From assembly GCA_964035545.1 (NCBI GenBank), contig OZ037765.1, positions 14,828,698 through 14,892,697 on the forward strand: 64,000 bases of DNA. Direction: 5' to 3'. The position numbers were made by a program, and so were the translations under genes. The notes under the pieces are model-generated. The model did no database searches. It was not told the origin of the DNA and saw only the letters and a list, made by a program, of their open reading frames with translations. Each line of letters begins with the position of its first letter. Position 1 is the first letter of the stretch. Source of the DNA: Bugula neritina (taxonomy: Eukaryota > Animalia > Bryozoa). Below, piece by piece: positions 60,601-64,000 of the stretch.

Positions 60601-63600
60601 ACACTGTAACAGACTGAAATGTACTGTAACACACTGAAATATACTGCAACATGCTGAAATACACTGTAACATACTGAAATATACTGCAACATACTGCAAC
60701 ATACCGAATTACACTGTAACAAACTAAAATACACTCCAACATACTACAACATACTGAAATACACTGTAACATATTGAAATACACCGCAACACATTGAAAT
60801 ATACTGCAACACACTGAAACATACGGCAACATACTGAAATATACTGCAAAACATCTAAATATACTGCTACATACTGAAACATGCTGTAGCATACTGAAAT
60901 ACACTGCAACACACTGAAGTATACTGTAATATACAGAAATGTACTGTAACATACTGAAACGTACGTCAACATACTGAAATGTACTCCAACATGCTGAACT
61001 ATACTGCAACATACCGAAATACACTGTAATATACTGAATTAAACTGCAACATACTGCAACATACTGAAATAAGCTGTACCATATTGAAATACACTACAAC
61101 ACATTGTAATATACTGCAACATATTGAAATATGCTGTAGCACCCTGAAATTCACTGCAACTTACTGAAATATAGTGTAATATACGGAATTGTACTGTAAC
61201 CTACTGAAATATACTGTAACACACTGAAATATGCAGTCACATACTGAAATATACTGTAAATTATTAGAATTATACTGCAACATACTGCAACATACTAAAA
61301 TACACTGTAACCTACTGATATACCCTGCAATATACTACAACATACTGAAATACACTGTAACATATTGAAATACGCTGCAACACATTGAAATATACTGCAA
61401 CATACCGAAATATATGGTAAACTGCTGAAATATACCGTAACACATCAAAAAATACTGCAACATACTGAAATATACTGTAACACACTGAAATATACTGCAA
61501 CTTACTGAAATACATTGTAACATACTGAAATATACTGCAACATACTGCAACATTTTGAAATACACTGTAACATGCTGAAATACACTGCAACATACTGCAA
61601 CATACTGAAATACATTGGAACATATTGAAACACACTACAGCACATTGAAATATACTGCAACACACTGAAACATACAGCAACATACTGAAATATACTGCGA
61701 CACATTGAAATATACTGCAACCTAGTTAACTATAATGCAAGATACTGCAACATTCTGAAATACACTGTGACATATTGAAATACACTGCAACATACTGCAA
61801 CATACTGCAACATACTACAACATACTGAAATACACTGTAACATATTGAAGTGCACTGCAACACATTGAAATATACTGCAACACACTGAAACATACGGCAA
61901 CATACTGAAGTATACTGCAACACATTGAAAAATACTGCAACATACCGAAATATATGGTAAACTACTGAAATATACTGTAACACATTGAAAAAAACTGCAA
62001 CATACTGAAATATACTGTAACACACTGAAATATACTGCAAAATACTGAAATACACTGTAACACACTGAAATACACTGTAACACACTGAAATATACTGCAA
62101 CACACTGCAATATACTGAAACACGCTGTAACATACTGAAATACACTGCAACATATTGAAATATACTGCAACACAATGAAACATACGGCAACATACTGAAA
62201 CATAGTGCGACACATTGAAATATACTGCAACATACTGAAACATGCTGTAGCATACTGAAATACACTGCAACACATTGAAGTATACTGTAATATACAGAAA
62301 TGTACTGTAACATACAGAAACATACGTCAACATACTGAAATGTACTGCAACATGCTGAACTATACTGCAACATACTGAAATACACTGTAATATACTGAAT
62401 TAAACTGCAACATACTGCAACATACTGAAATAAGCTGTAGCATACTGAAATACATTGCAGCACACTGAAGCGTCCTGCAATATGCAGAAACGTACTGCAA
62501 CATACTGAAATATACCGCAACAAACCGAAATTTTTGGTATACTGAAATATGTTGCAAACTAGTAAAATGTACTGCAACATACAGAAAATAACTGCAACTG
62601 TGCAATATAATGAAATATACTGCAAAAATACTGAAATATACTGCAACAATTTGAAAGTTACTGTATGATACTGACATATACTGAAACACATTGAAACATA
62701 CTGCAAGATACTGCAACATACTGAAATACACTATAACATACTGAAATACACTGCAACATACTGCAACATACTGCAACATACTGCAACATACTGAATTACA
62801 CTGTAACATATTGAAGTACACTGCAATACATTGAAATTTACTGCACCACACTGAAACATACAGCAACATTCTGAAATACACTGTGACATACTGAAATACA
62901 CTGCAACATACTGCAACATACTGCAACATACTGAAATACACTGTAACATATTGAAATACACTGCAACGCATTGAAATATACTGCAACACAATGAAACATA
63001 CGGCAACATACTGAAACATTGTGCGACACATTGAAATATACTGCAACATACTGAAACATGCTGTAGCGTACTGAAATACACTGCAACACATTGAAGTATA
63101 CTGTAATATACAGAAATGTACTGTAACATACTGAAACATACGTCAACATACTGAAATGTACTGCAACATGCTGAACTATACTGCAACATACTGAAATATA
63201 CTGCAACGTATCGAAGTATATTGTAATATACGGACATCTACTGTAACATACTGAAACATACTTAAACATACTGAAATATACTTCAACATACTGAAATATA
63301 CTGCAACATACTGCAACATACTGAAATACACTGTAACATACTGAAACACACTGCAACACATCGGAATGAACTGCAACATACCTAAATATACGGTAATATA
63401 CTGAAATATACTGTTCACATTGAAAAACACTGCAACATACTGAAATTTGCTGTAGCACAGTGAAATTCACTGCAACCCACTGAAATATAGTGTAATATAC
63501 GGAAATGTATTTTAACATACTGAAATATACTGTAACACACTGGAATATACTGTCACATACTGAAATACACTGTAAAATACTGAAACATATTGCAACATAG

Positions 63601-64000
63601 TGCAACATACTGAAATTCACTGTAGCATATTGAAATACGCTGCAACACATTGAAATATACTGCAACATACCGAAATATATGGTAAACTACTGAAATATAC
63701 TGTATCACATTGAAAAATACTGCAACATACTGAAATATGCTGTAACACACTGAAATATACTGCAAAATACTGAAATACACTGTAACATACTGAAATATAC
63801 TGCAACATACTGAAATACACTGTAACATACTGAAATATACTGCAACATACTGCAACATACTGAAATACACTGTAACGTACTGAAATACACAGCAACATAC
63901 TGCAACATACTGCAACATACTGAAATACGCTGTAACATATTGAATTACACTGCAACACATTGAAATATACTGCAACACACTGAAACATACGGCAACATAC
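45674..64000 (+). repeat. 10-bp satellite array, right arm (same family and orientation)
   Basis: Resumes directly after the insertion with AAAACATTGAAATATACTGCTAC, the exact continuation of the empty site at 35238. Runs off the right edge of the window. Confidence 0.98.

Larger units (their letters stand above)
30821..64000 (+). repeat. 20,920-bp tandem duplication: unit 30821-51740, second copy from 51741 to past the window end
   Basis: Constant 20920 offset for ORF-track pairs (30864/51784, 33544/54464, 38162/59082, 42785/63705). Sequences are almost identical. Confidence 0.93.

Noticed and set aside
96-63988. Hundreds of minus-strand ORFs (60-525 aa) rich in C/V/S/Y/Q/F/M/L, plus three plus-strand satellite ORFs
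   Set aside because: They overlap in all three frames with the same peptide words, as expected from a 10-bp repeat lacking stops. There is no domain, no frame preference and no start context.
1-64000. CRISPR array or telomeric repeat
   Set aside because: There is no repeat-unique spacer alternation and no cas gene. The monomer is heterogeneous, lacks G-runs and forms kb-scale HORs, unlike telomerase products.

Overview
Almost the whole window is one eukaryote-style satellite array in a single orientation. The monomer is 10 bp (consensus AYACTGHAAY; main types ATACTGCAAC, ATACTGAAAT, ACACTGYAAC). It is organised into nested higher-order duplications of 240 bp, ~1.7 kb, 4182 bp, ~4.6 kb, ~7.9 kb and 20,920 bp. 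The array is interrupted once, at 43136-45673, by a 2538-bp non-coding DNA transposon. This element has CACAG...CTGTG ends, ~130-bp imperfect block-structured terminal inverted repeats and a 2-bp AA target-site duplication, which paralogous empty sites in the same window confirm. These features best fit a non-autonomous CMC/EnSpm(CACTA)-type element. It carries an internal tRNA-like Pol III A/B-box segment. The hundreds of minus-strand Cys/Val/Ser/Tyr/Gln-rich ORFs are translation artefacts of the repeat, and I see no credible protein-coding gene. I found no new protein system. The notable items are the transposon, its predicted second copy about 56 bp beyond the window end, and a readable history of array evolution.
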